Made by a program: the position numbers and the translations under genes. This document shows, one piece after another, positions 55,201-63,974 of a DNA stretch of 64,000 bases (positions within the stretch are counted from its first letter, which is position 1; every line of letters starts with the position of its first letter). The stretch lies in contig NW_018404097.1 of assembly GCF_002113885.1 (NCBI RefSeq), positions 285,364 to 349,363 of the forward strand, written 5' to 3'. Under the pieces are notes generated by a model. The model was not told the origin of the DNA. It ran no database searches and saw only the letters and a program-made list of their open reading frames with translations. This DNA is from Mizuhopecten yessoensis (taxonomy: Eukaryota).

Positions 55201-58200
55201 TTCAGTATTGACAGTGAAAGGTTTTGACTGATGGCTGTAAACATAGAGAAATCTTCAGTATTGACTGGGGGAGGTTTGGACTGATGGCTAAAAACAGAGG
55301 GAAAACTTCAGTATTGACCCTGGGAGGTTTGGACTGATGACTGTAAACAGAGGGAAATCTTCAGTATTGACTGTGGGAGGTTTGGACTGATGGCTAAAAA
55401 CAGAGGGAAAACTTCAGTATTGACCCTGGGAGGTTTGGACTGATGACTGTAAACAGAGGGAAATCTTCAGTATTGACTGTGGGAGGGTTGGACTGATGGC
55501 TGTAAACATAGAGAAATCTTCAGTATTGACTGGGGGAGGTTTGGACTGATGGCTAAAAACAGAGGGAAATCTTCAGTATTGACCCTGGGAGGTTTGGACT
55601 GATGGCTGTAAACATAGAGAAATCTTCAGTATTGACAGTGAAAGGTTTGGACTGATGGCTGTAAACATAGATAAATCTTCAGTATTGACTGTGGGAGGTT
55701 TGGACCGATGGCTGTAAACAGAGAAATCTTCAGTATTGACTGTGGGAGGTTTGGACTTCTTCAGTATTGACTGTGGGAGATTTGGACTGATGGCTATAAA
55801 CAAAGAAATCTTCAGTATTGACAGTGAAAGGTTTTGACTGATGGCTGTAAACATAGAGAAATCTTCAGTATTGACTGTGGGAGGGTTGGACTGATGGCTG
55901 TAAACATAGAGAAATCTTCAGTATTGACTGGGGGAGGTTTGGACTGATGGCTAAAAACAGAGGGAAATCTTCAGTATTGACCCTGGGAGGTTTGGACTGA
56001 TGACTGTAAACAGAGGGAAATCTTCAGTATTGACTGTGGGAGGTTTGGACTTCTTCAGTATTGACTGTGGGAGATTTGGACTGATGGCTATAAACAAAGA
56101 AATCTTCAGTATTGACAGTGAAAGGTTTGGACTGATGGCTGTAAACATAGATAAATCTTCAGTATTGACTGTGGGAGGTTTGGACTGATGGCTAAAAACA
56201 GAGGGAAAACTTCAGTATTGACCCTGGGAGGTTTGGACTGATGGCTGTAAACAGAGGGAAATATTCAGTATTGACTGTGGGAGGTTTGGACGGATGTCTG
56301 TAAACAAAGAAATCTTCAGTATTGACTGTGGGAGGTTTGGACGGATGGCTGTAAACAAAGAAATCTTCAGTATTGACTGTGGGAGGTTTGGACTGATGGC
56401 TAAAAACAGAGGGAAATCTTCAGTATTGACCCTGGGAGGTTTGGACTGATGGCTGTAAACAGAGGGAAATCTTCAGTATTGACTGTGGGAGGTTTGGACT
56501 GATGGCTGTAAACATAGAGAAATCTTCAGTATTGACAGTGAAAGGTTTGGACTGATGGCAGTTAACAAGAGAGAAATCTTCAGTATTGACTGTGGGAGGT
56601 TTGGACTGATGGCTGTAAACAGAGAAATCTTCAGTATTGACTGTGGGAGGTTTGGACCGATGGCTGTAAACAGAGGGAAGTCTTCAGTATTGACAGTGAA
56701 AGGTTTGGACTGATGGCTGTAAACATAGAGAAATCTTCAGTATTGACTGTGGGAGGTTTGGACTGATGGCTGTAAACAGAGAGAAATCCTCAGTATTGAC
56801 TGTGGGAGATTTTGACAAATAGCTGTAAACATAGAAAAATCTTCAGTAATGACTGTGTGGGAGGTTTGGACTGATGGCTGTAAACATAGAGAAAACTTCA
56901 GTATTGACTGTGGGAGGTTTGGACTAATGGCTGTAAACAGAGAGAAATCTTTAGTATTGACTGTGGGAGATTTAGACAGATGGCTGTAAACAGTAATATA
57001 CATTATTGACTGTGGGAGGTTTGGACCTTACTGATCAAAAGTTAATACAGATCAGGGATCCAGTTGGACATAGCTCTATATATATACACTGGCCCACACA
57101 AGTTAATACTTCCTTTGACCCACACCAACTAATGTGTTAATACCAAGATAATGTACTTGAACCCCATGTGTACTTACTGCCCATTTCCTCTGTTTGTATA
57201 CATTGACAGGCTGAAATGATGGTACTTAATACATACAAGGGATGAGGCTATTTCCTCTGTTGTGTGTACAGGGTGATGGATTATACTTAATCTATGTGTG
57301 GGACGAGAACAGTGTAAACCGTTGCAAGACTATATACAGTTATAAGTACCTTCAGTCTCTTCTAAGATGTGCACAGATTCACCCACACTCAGCTTCAGAC
57401 AGGGACGTCGGTCCAGATGGAAGTTGTAGACAGCTAAAACATACAAATTCACATCAAATTATTTGAATATATATGATTATCAGTGTTTTAACTTAACCAA
57501 AGGAGTTATTTACTTCATAGACCAAGTTGTCTCTATTATTTCCTACCATGTGTATGATTTAATAAATATGGTACTGAGGGAAGAAATGTTCTGTAAAATA
57601 GTTCTTTGTAATGAAACATATTTCCTTTATGTCATGTTATCAGTTGTAATAAATAAAATGTTTTTGGTCTATGCAAATTTCAGTAAGTCTATAACGAATC
57701 TGTATTCATAAACCTGTGGTTAGAGTGTGTAAATTCTCAATTCTAAGAATAGATGATCCCGATAAAATAAAAGACAATTAATAATTATCATTGATGAATT
57801 CCACTAAATAGTTTGTAAAATTTCCAAGTCTCTCATCATCATCATATAAAATAAATAGCATAGTATTTTAAAATTGGACTCGGATGAAAGATCAGTTCAT
57901 CCGGTAATAACTTAAAGCTTACTGAATAGTAAGTACAGAAAGGCATTTTTATAATTATATAATATTGATTTGTATGTAAGCATCTTTATTATAACAGATA
58001 TCAGGTTAACTGTGTTTTAGTTTACTATGATCAATATATCTTCTGATTCATTTGCATGCCGTACACCTATGTTGTGACCATGTCAGGTGCCATGACTCAG
58101 AATGGTGTTTCATTGAAATCAGTGAGAGTATATATGTACACTCTGTACATGTGCCTTTATACTATATCATTGATTGACATCTTCACAACAGTACAGGTAG

Positions 58201-61200
58201 TTCTGTTAACAGGCTATACTGTTTTCTACGGTACGATACAGGATGCCACTGCTTGCATGTGCATTGTTGCAAAAACTGCAGCTAGAATGATAGCTTTAAA
58301 TTTATATATATTGAAAAACATTGTGTCTGGTATCAAATGTCAGCTGCTACTTTGACGTTTAAATGCCATTAAAACAAGCTGTCAGCATGCATATGCCAGG
58401 AATATAAACACAGGCAAGTGTCTGCAGCCAGTAAAGATAAACAGTGTGTATATGTTGAAGTTTAATGACTTAAGTGATCATGGCATGCCACCCTGCTACA
58501 GTAGCACATACAGACATCACATATAAAGGTCACTACATATTGTTTATACATGTATAGAGTGGGGTGTGAAACTAAAGCAGTAGATCAAAGCACTCCCAAT
58601 CTTTGTTTAAATTCCTCAGATTTACCACATCTTATGTTTGTTGCCAATCAACTTTATTATCCAAGATAAATATCTATTAATGCATTAATCATTGCTAAAT
58701 ATAAAGATGTAAAAGATAAGTAAATTTCATGGGAAGATTTTAATTTACCCATAGATGAATTTAATTTGGACAGTATGCTTTCATATCTGACTGCACAAAT
58801 TCACATAAATTGACTGCAAAAACACATACAAATGTAGTCAGTCTACACACATACACAAACAATCAAAACATAGACATGTAATGTACAGTCCAAACATAGA
58901 CACACACACAGTCCAAACATAGAAATGTAATGTACAGTCCAAACATAGACATGTAATGTACAGTCCAAACATAGACATGTACAGTCTAAACATAGACACA
59001 CACACAGTCCAAACAGACATGTACAGTCATGTACAGTCAAAACATAGACACACACACAGTCAAAACATAGACACATACATGTTTATATGTCCAGTCAAAA
59101 CATCATGCAGTCAAAACATAGCTCGATCAGTACACAGTCAGCACATGTAGAGAGTCAAGACATAGACTGTCAATCATAGACATTGTCAGCTTGTTTATAT
59201 ACATCAAATGATATATCTGGAATATAAAAATGTCACTGGTGAGTAAGCGATTTTGTGCTATTGATCACTAGCTAGCATGTCATGATCAATATATATACAT
59301 GTATGGTTTGTATACAAACGCAATGTAAATATAAACAGTATACTGTATATGTATGTACACACTGCTAAGATCAAGGCTACACTGCAGTCTCATCCTGTTT
59401 TGAGTACTTGTATTGTTGGTCCTCCATAACGTGGTTGAATTATACAACTTATACTCATTGTCAGTCATATTCACTCTAATGTTTATAATTCCAGCATTTC
59501 CCCTTAACCAATTACAACATTCAAATGTCTGCAGGGGTTCACAATTCCAATAGCCCAATATACCTGGGATTATTAGAATCATAGATCACTATATGATATA
59601 TACAAATAAATGAAATCAAAATACATAAACGAATATGTTTACTTAAAAAATAAGATACAATATTTATATTTGCATAAGTTTTGTCCTTTTATTCATATTG
59701 ATAACATCCAAGATATATAATTATGATGTTACAATATGAAGCTTTTGTAACTTACATATTATTACTGTTAGATCTACTTGAAATAAAAAAAAAAGTGGAC
59801 TTGGTAATTGATGATCACAATATATACCAGTATATATATACCAGACTGAACATGCATTAATATTGTTTAAAACTCAGGGAATTCTAAATAATTACATTAT
59901 ACATATTTAAAAGCTCCCTTTATAAAGATTAAGGTAGACAAATAAAACACAGCTCTTTGGTAATATGTTATGTATGTAGCTTATCATATTAATTATGTAT
60001 ATTTTTTTAATAAGTTAGCCTAATATAATTCAACATGTACTGATATGACTAGCTATAGCTATTTCCTATTTATAATGATGAGGTCAAGGCTGATCTAGTT
60101 AATCGTTCGTCAGACCTGTATAATGTACAGTACAAACTTTTAGTTTACTTATTATTTTAAGTACAATTGTCAGCAAATTATGCATTATGTATTTTACTAG
60201 TATATAAATTATTGCCAACACCCAATATAACAACCATAAGTCACGGACTGTTCGCCATTTAACAGAAGCTGAAATTTTTTCTTCAAGTAGTAATTTACTC
60301 CTCCTTCAGGAGAGATCTCATCCGCTTGATTCCAGGGGTAACAGTGAGGCTTGTGAGAGCAATGCTCATATCATTTTTAATATTTTCTGAGCTCTTACAT
60401 TGACACCAAAAATGCAATGTAAAAGACGTCATTGTTTTTTCAAAGCTCTCAGTAAAGTTTGACCTCTGTTTTATTAGCCCAACACTACCAAATGATCAGC
60501 TAAAGGGAAATTTTCGATTAGCCGAGTCAGTTGGAGGCAACTTGTCTTTTACCAGTGTGACCATATGGCATATTGTTCAATTTACATTCAATTTAAATAA
60601 ATGGGACATAATCAAAACTAAAAGGGAAGTTTGAAGCTTATATCAATACTATACATGTACACATTCAAGTAAAATATTTGTGTTCCCAAATTTAATTGCA
60701 TCATCTAGATATCAGAGATCAGGTTTACGAAATAGACTAGGAGGAATACATTTTCTCTAGCCTGGCACCCAAGGTTACCTCATTTTATGTTCGGCTAGTG
60801 AAAATTTTCCATATTTACTATTAATATATTAGGTTGGGCTAGAACATTTTTTTTCAAAATCAACCTGCAGCTGTGGGCTAGTACTATGAAACAGCAAATC
60901 ATTGAGTCTTATGATAAAAACAACCCATTGGAATGAAAGTGAGACCACACCATCAATGTGAGAGTATGTGTACAATATACACATAGGATTAGAATGAAGT
61001 TTACTTAATGATCCTTAATGCAATTAAAATAAACAAATTATATGGAGAAAATATATGATTTTGGACACTGCTGAATTTTGCTTTGCATGTTATTCTTTAT
61101 GTTAAATGTCTTTTCAACAAAACGTCACAAAGAAAAAAAGAAAAAAATATTATGTCCCTTCCGTGTTATTGTGTATGAAAGTCATTCAATACAAATTCGA

Positions 61201-61524
61201 GCTTTTTAATTTTTTCGAAGTCATGTCAATATTGACTCAGAAATCAATGTTTTAAAAAATAAACAATTGGCGCATAATGAATTGAGGCTATCCACAGAAA
61301 CACAGTAAATGTTTTTTTGTTTACTCGATAAAACACAATAAACAATACCAGGTTCGCGTGTCGGCATTTTGCATTGTGATATCAGCATCACTTTCTCTAA
61401 AGCTGTCTCACTTCCTCGTTTAAAAAATCAAGTTTACTTTGTATTATCCAATTAAAATGTATGTAATTAATAACTTACCGACTCCATATCTGCGACTCCT
61501 ATCGGCTTTGTGCCACTGCATCAT
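37..61524 (-). CDS. DOCK1: DOCK-A subfamily Rac guanine nucleotide exchange factor (DOCK1/2/5, myoblast city-like); spliced, 42 coding exons in window, 3' end outside window
   Basis: Spliced translation starts [20 protein letters not shown] (SH3) and contains [19 protein letters not shown] (DHR-1), [12 protein letters not shown] and [14 protein letters not shown] (DHR-2). All 41 introns are phase-compatible (4289 coding nt). The symbol names the nearest vertebrate subfamily member, not a proven 1:1 orthologue. Confidence 0.95.
119..1531 (-). other. U12-type (minor spliceosome) GT-AG intron
   Basis: 5' site GTATCCTTT; branch ACCTTGAC about 11 nt from the 3' CAG; no polypyrimidine tract. Confidence 0.88.
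1532..1586 (-). CDS. DOCK1: DOCK exon 41 ([18 protein letters not shown])
   Basis: AG acceptor; U12-type donor GTATCCTTT. Confidence 0.9.
1604..2736. repeat. 31-bp tandem array (about 36 copies) next to exon 41 acceptor
   Basis: Unit TCAAACACAAGGTATCAATATCACACTGAAG. Confidence 0.95.
3086..3277 (-). CDS. DOCK1: DOCK exon 40 (..[37 protein letters not shown]), DHR-2
   Basis: DHR-2 signature peptide. Confidence 0.95.
3617..4730. repeat. About 75-bp composite array containing copies of the exon 39 donor
   Basis: Core TACTGACCAGTATCA (minus TGATACTG|GTCAGTA). Confidence 0.9.
4723..4812 (-). CDS. DOCK1: DOCK exon 39 ([30 protein letters not shown])
   Basis: MWE..CKEL..YE..FDY motif. Confidence 0.93.
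4796..6775. repeat. 54-bp array (about 36 copies) containing the exon 39 acceptor plus 17 exonic nt
   Basis: Minus unit ..GTATTTTACAG|ATGTGGGAGAAGGGTATAGTAATATATATATGAG.. Confidence 0.95.
7169..7288 (-). CDS. DOCK1: DOCK exon 38 ([24 protein letters not shown])
   Basis: YFDKGK motif, AG/GT. Confidence 0.93.
7660..7948 (-). CDS. DOCK1: DOCK exon 37 (..[36 protein letters not shown]..)
   Basis: [11 protein letters not shown] motif, AG/GT. Confidence 0.95.
8078..12761. mobile_element. Head-to-tail array of a 944-bp unclassified element (about 4.96 apparently identical copies), ending at an N
   Basis: Period 944 (8078, 9022, 9966, 10910, 11854); homologous to 18395-19483. Confidence 0.85.
12763..14178. 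repeat. 39-bp array (about 35 copies) containing the exon 36 donor
   Basis: Minus unit TACCATAT|GTACGTACCCCTAATAACACTATACAATACC. Confidence 0.93.
14170..14255 (-). CDS. DOCK1: DOCK exon 36 ([28 protein letters not shown])
   Basis: KLD..VEGG.GD motif; donor AT|GTACGT phase 2. Confidence 0.9.
14467..14567 (-). CDS. DOCK1: DOCK exon 35 ([18 protein letters not shown]..)
   Basis: [13 protein letters not shown] motif. Confidence 0.94.
14664..15083. mobile_element. hAT-type MITE (420 bp)
   Basis: TIRs TAGTGATGGGC / GCCCATCACCA with perfect 8-bp TSD GTTAATTG on both sides; subterminal ATCGAT motifs. Confidence 0.88.
15113..15184 (-). CDS. DOCK1: DOCK exon 34 ([24 protein letters not shown])
   Basis: PILEMTL.PE motif. 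Confidence 0.93.
15230..15420. repeat. 45-bp tandem repeat x4
   Basis: ACTGATCACCATTAACTGTAATTACAATGTATAATTTCCATTACG. Confidence 0.9.
15776..15834 (-). CDS. DOCK1: DOCK exon 33 ([19 protein letters not shown])
   Basis: Y.DMRR motif, AG/GT. Confidence 0.93.
16291..16391 (-). CDS. DOCK1: DOCK exon 32 ([33 protein letters not shown])
   Basis: LQLE.FS..KR motif. Confidence 0.93.
16587..16659 (-). CDS. DOCK1: DOCK exon 31 ([24 protein letters not shown])
   Basis: AG/GT, phase 2-0. Confidence 0.9.
17083..17276 (-). CDS. DOCK1: DOCK exon 30 ([34 protein letters not shown])
   Basis: DFLME and DW..M.M.QN motifs. Confidence 0.93.
17256..17605. repeat. 61-bp array (5-6 copies) spanning the exon 30 acceptor
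   Basis: CAGGACAG..ACAC..GACTCTGTTT units at 17256, 17317, 17378... Confidence 0.85.
18395..19483. mobile_element. Diverged single copy of the same ~1 kb element family (possibly LTR-like, TGTA...TACA ends)
   Basis: Shares TTGACCAATCAGC, GGGCTACTCACTCT, GGGGAATT.TACCCCCAAT, GAGTAGCCCCTGATA.GCCAAA, TAATAAACAG and GTATATAAA blocks with the 944-bp unit; boundaries inferred. Confidence 0.65.
20271..20952. repeat. 56-bp tandem array (about 12 copies)
   Basis: CTTATGACCTCTTACCTTCCTTTTGACCTCTAGTCCAGTTATAACAGCTAACCAGA. Confidence 0.93.
21588..21815. repeat. Degenerate 30-bp array (about 7 copies)
   Basis: AAAGAAATGTTTAGTTACCTGATC core. Confidence 0.75.
22356..22367 (-). CDS. Candidate 12-nt alternative microexon (RRTE) of DOCK
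   Basis: TACTTTCAG|AGAAGAACCGAG|GTAAGA in a phase-0 intron; CACTAAC branch-like motif upstream. Confidence 0.5.
22715..23270. repeat. About 47-50-bp tandem array
   Basis: ACTTTCAGTCAGAGATTATGTGTTGTCCTGTAATAAGCCC core. Confidence 0.92.
24152..24247 (-). CDS. DOCK1: DOCK exon 29 ([32 protein letters not shown])
   Basis: AG/GT, phase 0-0. Confidence 0.88.
24605..24732 (-). CDS. DOCK1: DOCK exon 28 ([26 protein letters not shown])
   Basis: CR.ILLP motif, AG/GT. Confidence 0.92.
24745..25080. repeat. 35-bp degenerate array next to exon 28 acceptor
   Basis: GATCTCCATGGTAATGAAATATACTGAAACTCACT. Confidence 0.85.
25348..25454 (-). CDS. DOCK1: DOCK exon 27 ([35 protein letters not shown])
   Basis: AG/GT, conserved peptide. 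Confidence 0.92.
25658..25728 (-). CDS. DOCK1: DOCK exon 26 ([23 protein letters not shown])
   Basis: ALKYL..VFD motif, AG/GT. Confidence 0.92.
26112..26220 (-). CDS. DOCK1: DOCK exon 25 ([36 protein letters not shown])
   Basis: AG/GT, phase 2-0. Confidence 0.9.
26260..29055. repeat. 45-bp array (about 60 copies) filling most of the intron between exons 24 and 25
   Basis: GTTACTGTAGAGAATGTCCAAAAGTATCTCTCCATTTACAGAACA; contains a short inverted segment near 27105-27155. Confidence 0.96.
29352..29483 (-). CDS. DOCK1: DOCK exon 24 ([31 protein letters not shown])
   Basis: [11 protein letters not shown] motif, AG/GT. Confidence 0.93.
29935..30035 (-). CDS. DOCK1: DOCK exon 23 ([33 protein letters not shown])
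   Basis: AG/GT, conserved peptide. Confidence 0.92.
30494..30583 (-). CDS. DOCK1: DOCK exon 22 ([30 protein letters not shown])
   Basis: FLQD.LD.LF motif, AG/GT. Confidence 0.93.
31022..31128 (-). CDS. DOCK1: DOCK exon 21 ([21 protein letters not shown])
   Basis: LLGLLKW motif, AG/GT. Confidence 0.93.
31480..31663 (-). CDS. DOCK1: DOCK exon 20 ([21 protein letters not shown])
   Basis: CSTKLT motif, AG/GT. Confidence 0.93.
31825..32170. repeat. 64-bp array (about 5 copies) spanning the exon 19 donor
   Basis: GACTTACCTTATACA at 32027, 32091, 32155 etc. Confidence 0.88.
32162..32265 (-). CDS. DOCK1: DOCK exon 19 ([34 protein letters not shown])
   Basis: AG/GT, conserved peptide. Confidence 0.93.
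32480..32882. repeat. About 28-bp array next to exon 18 donor
   Basis: AAAGTCTTACTATAATGCCTTACTAC. Confidence 0.9.
32897..32972 (-). CDS. DOCK1: DOCK exon 18 ([25 protein letters not shown])
   Basis: HL.F.F.H motif, AG/GT. Confidence 0.92.
33259..33357 (-). CDS. DOCK1: DOCK exon 17 ([33 protein letters not shown])
   Basis: DHR-1 YY...P.W.ET motif. Confidence 0.93.
33391..33675. repeat. 55-bp array x5 starting at the exon 16 donor
   Basis: TGTGTATATTGTACCTGTATCTAC units at 33398, 33453, 33508, 33563, 33619. Confidence 0.88.
33674..33801 (-). CDS. DOCK1: DOCK exon 16 ([23 protein letters not shown]..), DHR-1
   Basis: DVRNDIY motif, AG/GT. Confidence 0.93.
34667..35502. repeat. 22-bp minisatellite (about 38 copies)
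   Basis: GGTAATATCTGTTTGTACT(GGC/ACC). Confidence 0.95.
37065..37146 (-). CDS. DOCK1: DOCK exon 15 ([27 protein letters not shown])
   Basis: RKMGFPE motif, AG/GT. Confidence 0.93.
37579..37699 (-). CDS. DOCK1: DOCK exon 14 ([40 protein letters not shown])
   Basis: NHKGQG.W motif, AG/GT. Confidence 0.92.
38145..38311. repeat. 38-bp array (4-5 copies) spanning the exon 13 donor
   Basis: GACTTACTGCTGAAATGGTAT units; 14 exonic nt included. Confidence 0.9.
38298..38373 (-). CDS. DOCK1: DOCK exon 13 ([24 protein letters not shown])
   Basis: QHFIPF motif, AG/GT. Confidence 0.92.
38420..38870. repeat. 40-bp array (about 11 copies)
   Basis: ATGGTGATTTACTGATACAATGGAAGACAAAGCTGTTACC. Confidence 0.93.
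39089..39160 (-). CDS. DOCK1: DOCK exon 12 ([24 protein letters not shown])
   Basis: RPFGVA motif, AG/GT. Confidence 0.92.
39231..39470. repeat. 30-bp array x8
   Basis: TTACCTATACATCATTTTGATATACATGTA. Confidence 0.95.
39902..39965 (-). CDS. DOCK1: DOCK exon 11 ([21 protein letters not shown])
   Basis: AG/GT, conserved peptide. Confidence 0.92.
40477..40561 (-). CDS. DOCK1: DOCK exon 10 ([28 protein letters not shown])
   Basis: AG/GT, conserved peptide. Confidence 0.92.
40715..40863 (-). CDS. DOCK1: DOCK exon 9 (..[26 protein letters not shown]..)
   Basis: NFVCRIGED motif, AG/GT. Confidence 0.92.
41288..41473. mobile_element. Palindromic (fold-back) MITE with TA flanks
   Basis: TTCCGTCTTT..GTATTGCAGAG..GCAGGTATTGATTGTTACG mirrored by CGTAACAATCAATACCTGC..CTCTGCAATAC..AAAGACGGAA; TA on both sides. 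Confidence 0.8.
41754..41789 (-). CDS. DOCK1: DOCK exon 8 ([12 protein letters not shown])
   Basis: TTTTCAG acceptor, AAG|GTAAAC donor, continues LF..HE motif. Confidence 0.82.
41790..42145 (-). other. GC-AG intron
   Basis: CAG|GCAAGT donor joins LFKQ to HE without insertion. Confidence 0.75.
42146..42233 (-). CDS. DOCK1: DOCK exon 7 ([29 protein letters not shown]), GC donor
   Basis: LDLVVRD motif; ends CAG|GCAAGT. Confidence 0.88.
42520..42575 (-). CDS. DOCK1: DOCK exon 6 ([18 protein letters not shown])
   Basis: KID.GN motif, AG/GT. Confidence 0.9.
42888..42977 (-). CDS. DOCK1: DOCK exon 5 ([30 protein letters not shown])
   Basis: AG/GT, phase 0-0. Confidence 0.9.
43270..44517. repeat. 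54-bp array (about 23 copies) spanning the exon 4 donor with 24 exonic nt
   Basis: Minus GTTATGTGGAAACAGTACTTTGTG|GTATGTTTATAT.. Confidence 0.94.
44494..44590 (-). CDS. DOCK1: DOCK exon 4 ([32 protein letters not shown])
   Basis: Conserved LREW..W motif, AG/GT. Confidence 0.92.
44911..45010 (+). mobile_element. Degenerate tRNA-derived SINE head / tRNA relic
   Basis: A-box TAGCTCAGTTGG, B-box-like GTTTGATTCC about 50 nt downstream, later T-run; no intact cloverleaf. Confidence 0.4.
45778..45874 (-). CDS. DOCK1: DOCK exon 3 ([27 protein letters not shown]..), SH3
   Basis: SH3 GVFP..YV motif, AG/GT. Confidence 0.92.
46785..47184. repeat. About 33-bp array
   Basis: TGGATACATCCAACCTTTCCCCCCTAACTACAAA. 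Confidence 0.92.
47799..49971. repeat. 26-bp minisatellite (about 80 copies)
   Basis: ATGTCAGGTATCCACATAGCTCTCCA. Confidence 0.95.
52542..54336. repeat. 56-bp homogeneous array (about 32 copies)
   Basis: CACAAGCCACCAGAACAATGTACATCTGTATATACCACATCATGACCAGGTACAGA. Confidence 0.96.
54693..57026. repeat. About 53-bp array with subtypes
   Basis: AAATCTTCAGTATTGACTGTGGGAGGTTTGGACTGATGGCTGTAAACA. Confidence 0.95.
57350..57433 (-). CDS. DOCK1: DOCK exon 2 ([28 protein letters not shown]), SH3
   Basis: AG/GT boundaries, SH3 sequence, phase 1-1. Confidence 0.9.
58845..59175. repeat. Degenerate short tandem repeat
   Basis: ACAGTCCAAACATAGAC cores. Confidence 0.8.
61479..61524 (-). CDS. DOCK1: DOCK exon 1 ([15 protein letters not shown])
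   Basis: ATG, DOCK N-terminus, donor G|GTAAGT. Confidence 0.88.
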
Positions 61525-61559
61525 GCTTTCACAATGTTAAAGCCATATATCTGTAAACT

Positions 61560-61700
61560 TATCTCGGGTAACATTCTCTGGATCATTTTGGATGAAGCTG
61601 ACGGCCATTGATATCACGTGGTTTAATTTTGTTTCCGGAATATGCGCGCGCCCGACGTATCCATGGACATAAACAACATGGAGGACACCAGTGGAAGTTG
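61560..61700. promoter_or_regulatory. Probable bidirectional promoter shared by DOCK and CFAP206
   Basis: CpG-rich patch with CACGTG (61615), TTCCGGAA ETS-like (61633), GCGCGCGC, X-box-like GTATCCATGGAC (61657) and forkhead-like TAAACAA; putative CFAP206 non-coding exon donors at about 61755/61768. Confidence 0.6.
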
Positions 61701-62915
61701 ACTTCCTCAGACACTTTAGAGATATTGTTGTGATCTAGTTTGACTTCCTTTCAGGTATATTGTACAGGTATGTGTAAGCAACTAACAACTAATTGTTAAA
61801 GATGTTATAAAAACTTGCGTATCCTCATTTATTGCAAGTTTGTTTCTATTAATCACCTGCTCCTTGGACTGCTCCAAAAACCTGTAATATTCTGTTCAAT
61901 ATTTTTAGTAATATATATGTATGTTGTACTGTTATATGTATGTCAACTGTCATGTTACATGTGATGTCTATGATCTATTTCCTGAAATAAACATTAATAT
62001 TATAAAAAACAATGCAGATTACTGCTCAATGTCACAATGTAAGTGAATCTACCGCTGCAATTAGTAGCCAGTGTTGATACTGTCATCATAATTTATTCAT
62101 ATCCATGAGAGAGGGTTCAGGAAGTTTTTCTTTCGATAGACGAACTGATAGGAAATATGTGTAACCTACATGTAATGAGCAGACACTCATACACGTGTAA
62201 ACGCTGTTTTATGGTGTTTTATACATTTACATTATGTTTAAATTAGAGTCTTAATAGTATAGTTAATATGCTACATTCTTTACAAAATTAAGTGATGCAG
62301 ATGCCAATTTTCTACATATTGTCAGAGGTCCAGACACAGTGCTTTGATTTTTTTATTGTTGCACATATATACAGCATATGTTTATTGACATGATCGGTTT
62401 GTTGGTGAAGTAAACACTCTGAACCATATTAAAAATGGTGCAAACAACTATGTTCACATCTGGACCATATAAATACAAATACTGTAAAATAACTTTGTTG
62501 CAATGCATTCTTTTCATGACATACTCATAGTATTCCATTTAAAACACTCTCTTACATATTTAACTAAATGGATAAAAGTGATGGTTTTGTTATTAGTGTT
62601 GTGTACCCTACTGAATTGCCACATAGCCTCTGATTATACAAGAAAATAGTGACAAAAGGGCTTTTCTTTGAGAAAATAAAGGTAACACACATGTATGTTG
62701 TATTATATTTTTATACATGTATTCAATTTTTCCGCTGAAAATGGTACAACGTTGTTCGTTAAATTTACTAAATAAATGTCCTATCTGTTGGTAATATCCA
62801 TTGGTAATATCTGTTGGTAATATCCGTTGGTAATATCTACAGATAAAGATACAAAACTGTCATTTCATATGTACTTTTTTCTTCTAATATTCAGGAAGTC
62901 AGATTCAAAGCCAAG

Positions 62916-63623
62916 ATGTCACGAGCACAAGCAGAAAGTGTCATTAAAAACATCATTAGAGAAATTGCTCAAGAATGTGCAAGCAAAGGGCAAGCAGTAT
63001 CAGAGACTCTTGTTGCATTCATGGTAGGTATGGACTCCTGCTTGGCAACTCAGAAAGAAAAAGAAGTTGACATTATTTTACCTTAAAATCAAACGATTTG
63101 TTATTATCAACAAATCAGTTATTATTTATTTGAAATTGATTTAACTTGGTTACTTTTAGAAGTGCTTCGGTTAAGTGGTGTATTTGATTACAATTTTAGG
63201 TGAAAGCTGTTGTGTTGGAACCATCAAATGAGTTTAATGTTGATCGAACATTAACTAAGGATGATGTACAGAAACTTATCAAGGTATAGTAATTATTATT
63301 TGATTTAAAGAGTGAATCCTATTTTTGCAGGATAAGACAGTGATAAATACCATATATGACATGCAAACCGTATTGGTGAATGAATTACAAACAATAGAAT
63401 CAATGTACTATGTATTTACACTACAGTTAAATAAATTGATCATGTAATTGAAAACTTGAACTGTAAAACATGTTCTGTTTTAACAAAATTCAAGGCATAA
63501 TTTTACAAAAAAAAAATTACAATCATTTTCAGTTGTGTGTGGAGCGGCTCATGGACTCCAGGTCTCCTTCCCTTGATACAGTGAAAATGCAGGTGTACTT
63601 TGATATGAATTACACTACTAGAT
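62916..63623 (+). CDS. CFAP206: Cilia- and flagella-associated protein 206, first three coding exons (62916-63023, 63200-63283, 63533-63623); continues beyond window
   Basis: Spliced MSRAQAESVIKNIIREIAQECASKGQAVSETLVAFM|VKAVVLEPSNEFNVDRTLTKDDVQKLIK|LCVERLMDSRSPSLDTVKMQVYFDMNYTTR, recognised as the CFAP206/C6orf165 N-terminus; GT-AG introns. Confidence 0.92.
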
Positions 63624-63811
63624 GTGAGTATAATGAGTCTTTATTAGATTTTCGATAATACTGTATATATCAGCTATTATGATCCGGTTTCTCCCTTAAT
63701 TGTTGTGTTCACTGTGTCTTGAAAAAGGAGGGGATTGCTCCGAAAATTTGACCACCTAAACTTGTCCACACTGTTGGAATTACTTCTTTGCCCCATATCA
63801 GCTATTACCAA

Positions 63812-63974
63812 TATAGTTAACAGTTCAAGTATGGGTATGAGGGATATAGCAAGTTTATGACCCCCGGAGGCCAGGACTATTTCCCAAGGCGAAGCCGAGG
63901 GAAATAGTCCTGGACAAGGGGGATCATAAACTTGCTATATCCCGAAATACCCATACTTCAACTGTTTTATTATA
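63812..63974. mobile_element. Palindromic MITE-like element in CFAP206 intron
   Basis: About 75-bp imperfect arms (AAGTATGGGTAT..GGGATATAGCAAGTTTATGA..CCAGGACTATTTCCC) around a GGCGAAGCC centre. Confidence 0.8.

Noticed and set aside
1604-57026. CRISPR-like appearance of the tandem arrays
   Set aside because: No unique spacers, no cas genes, eukaryotic intron context.
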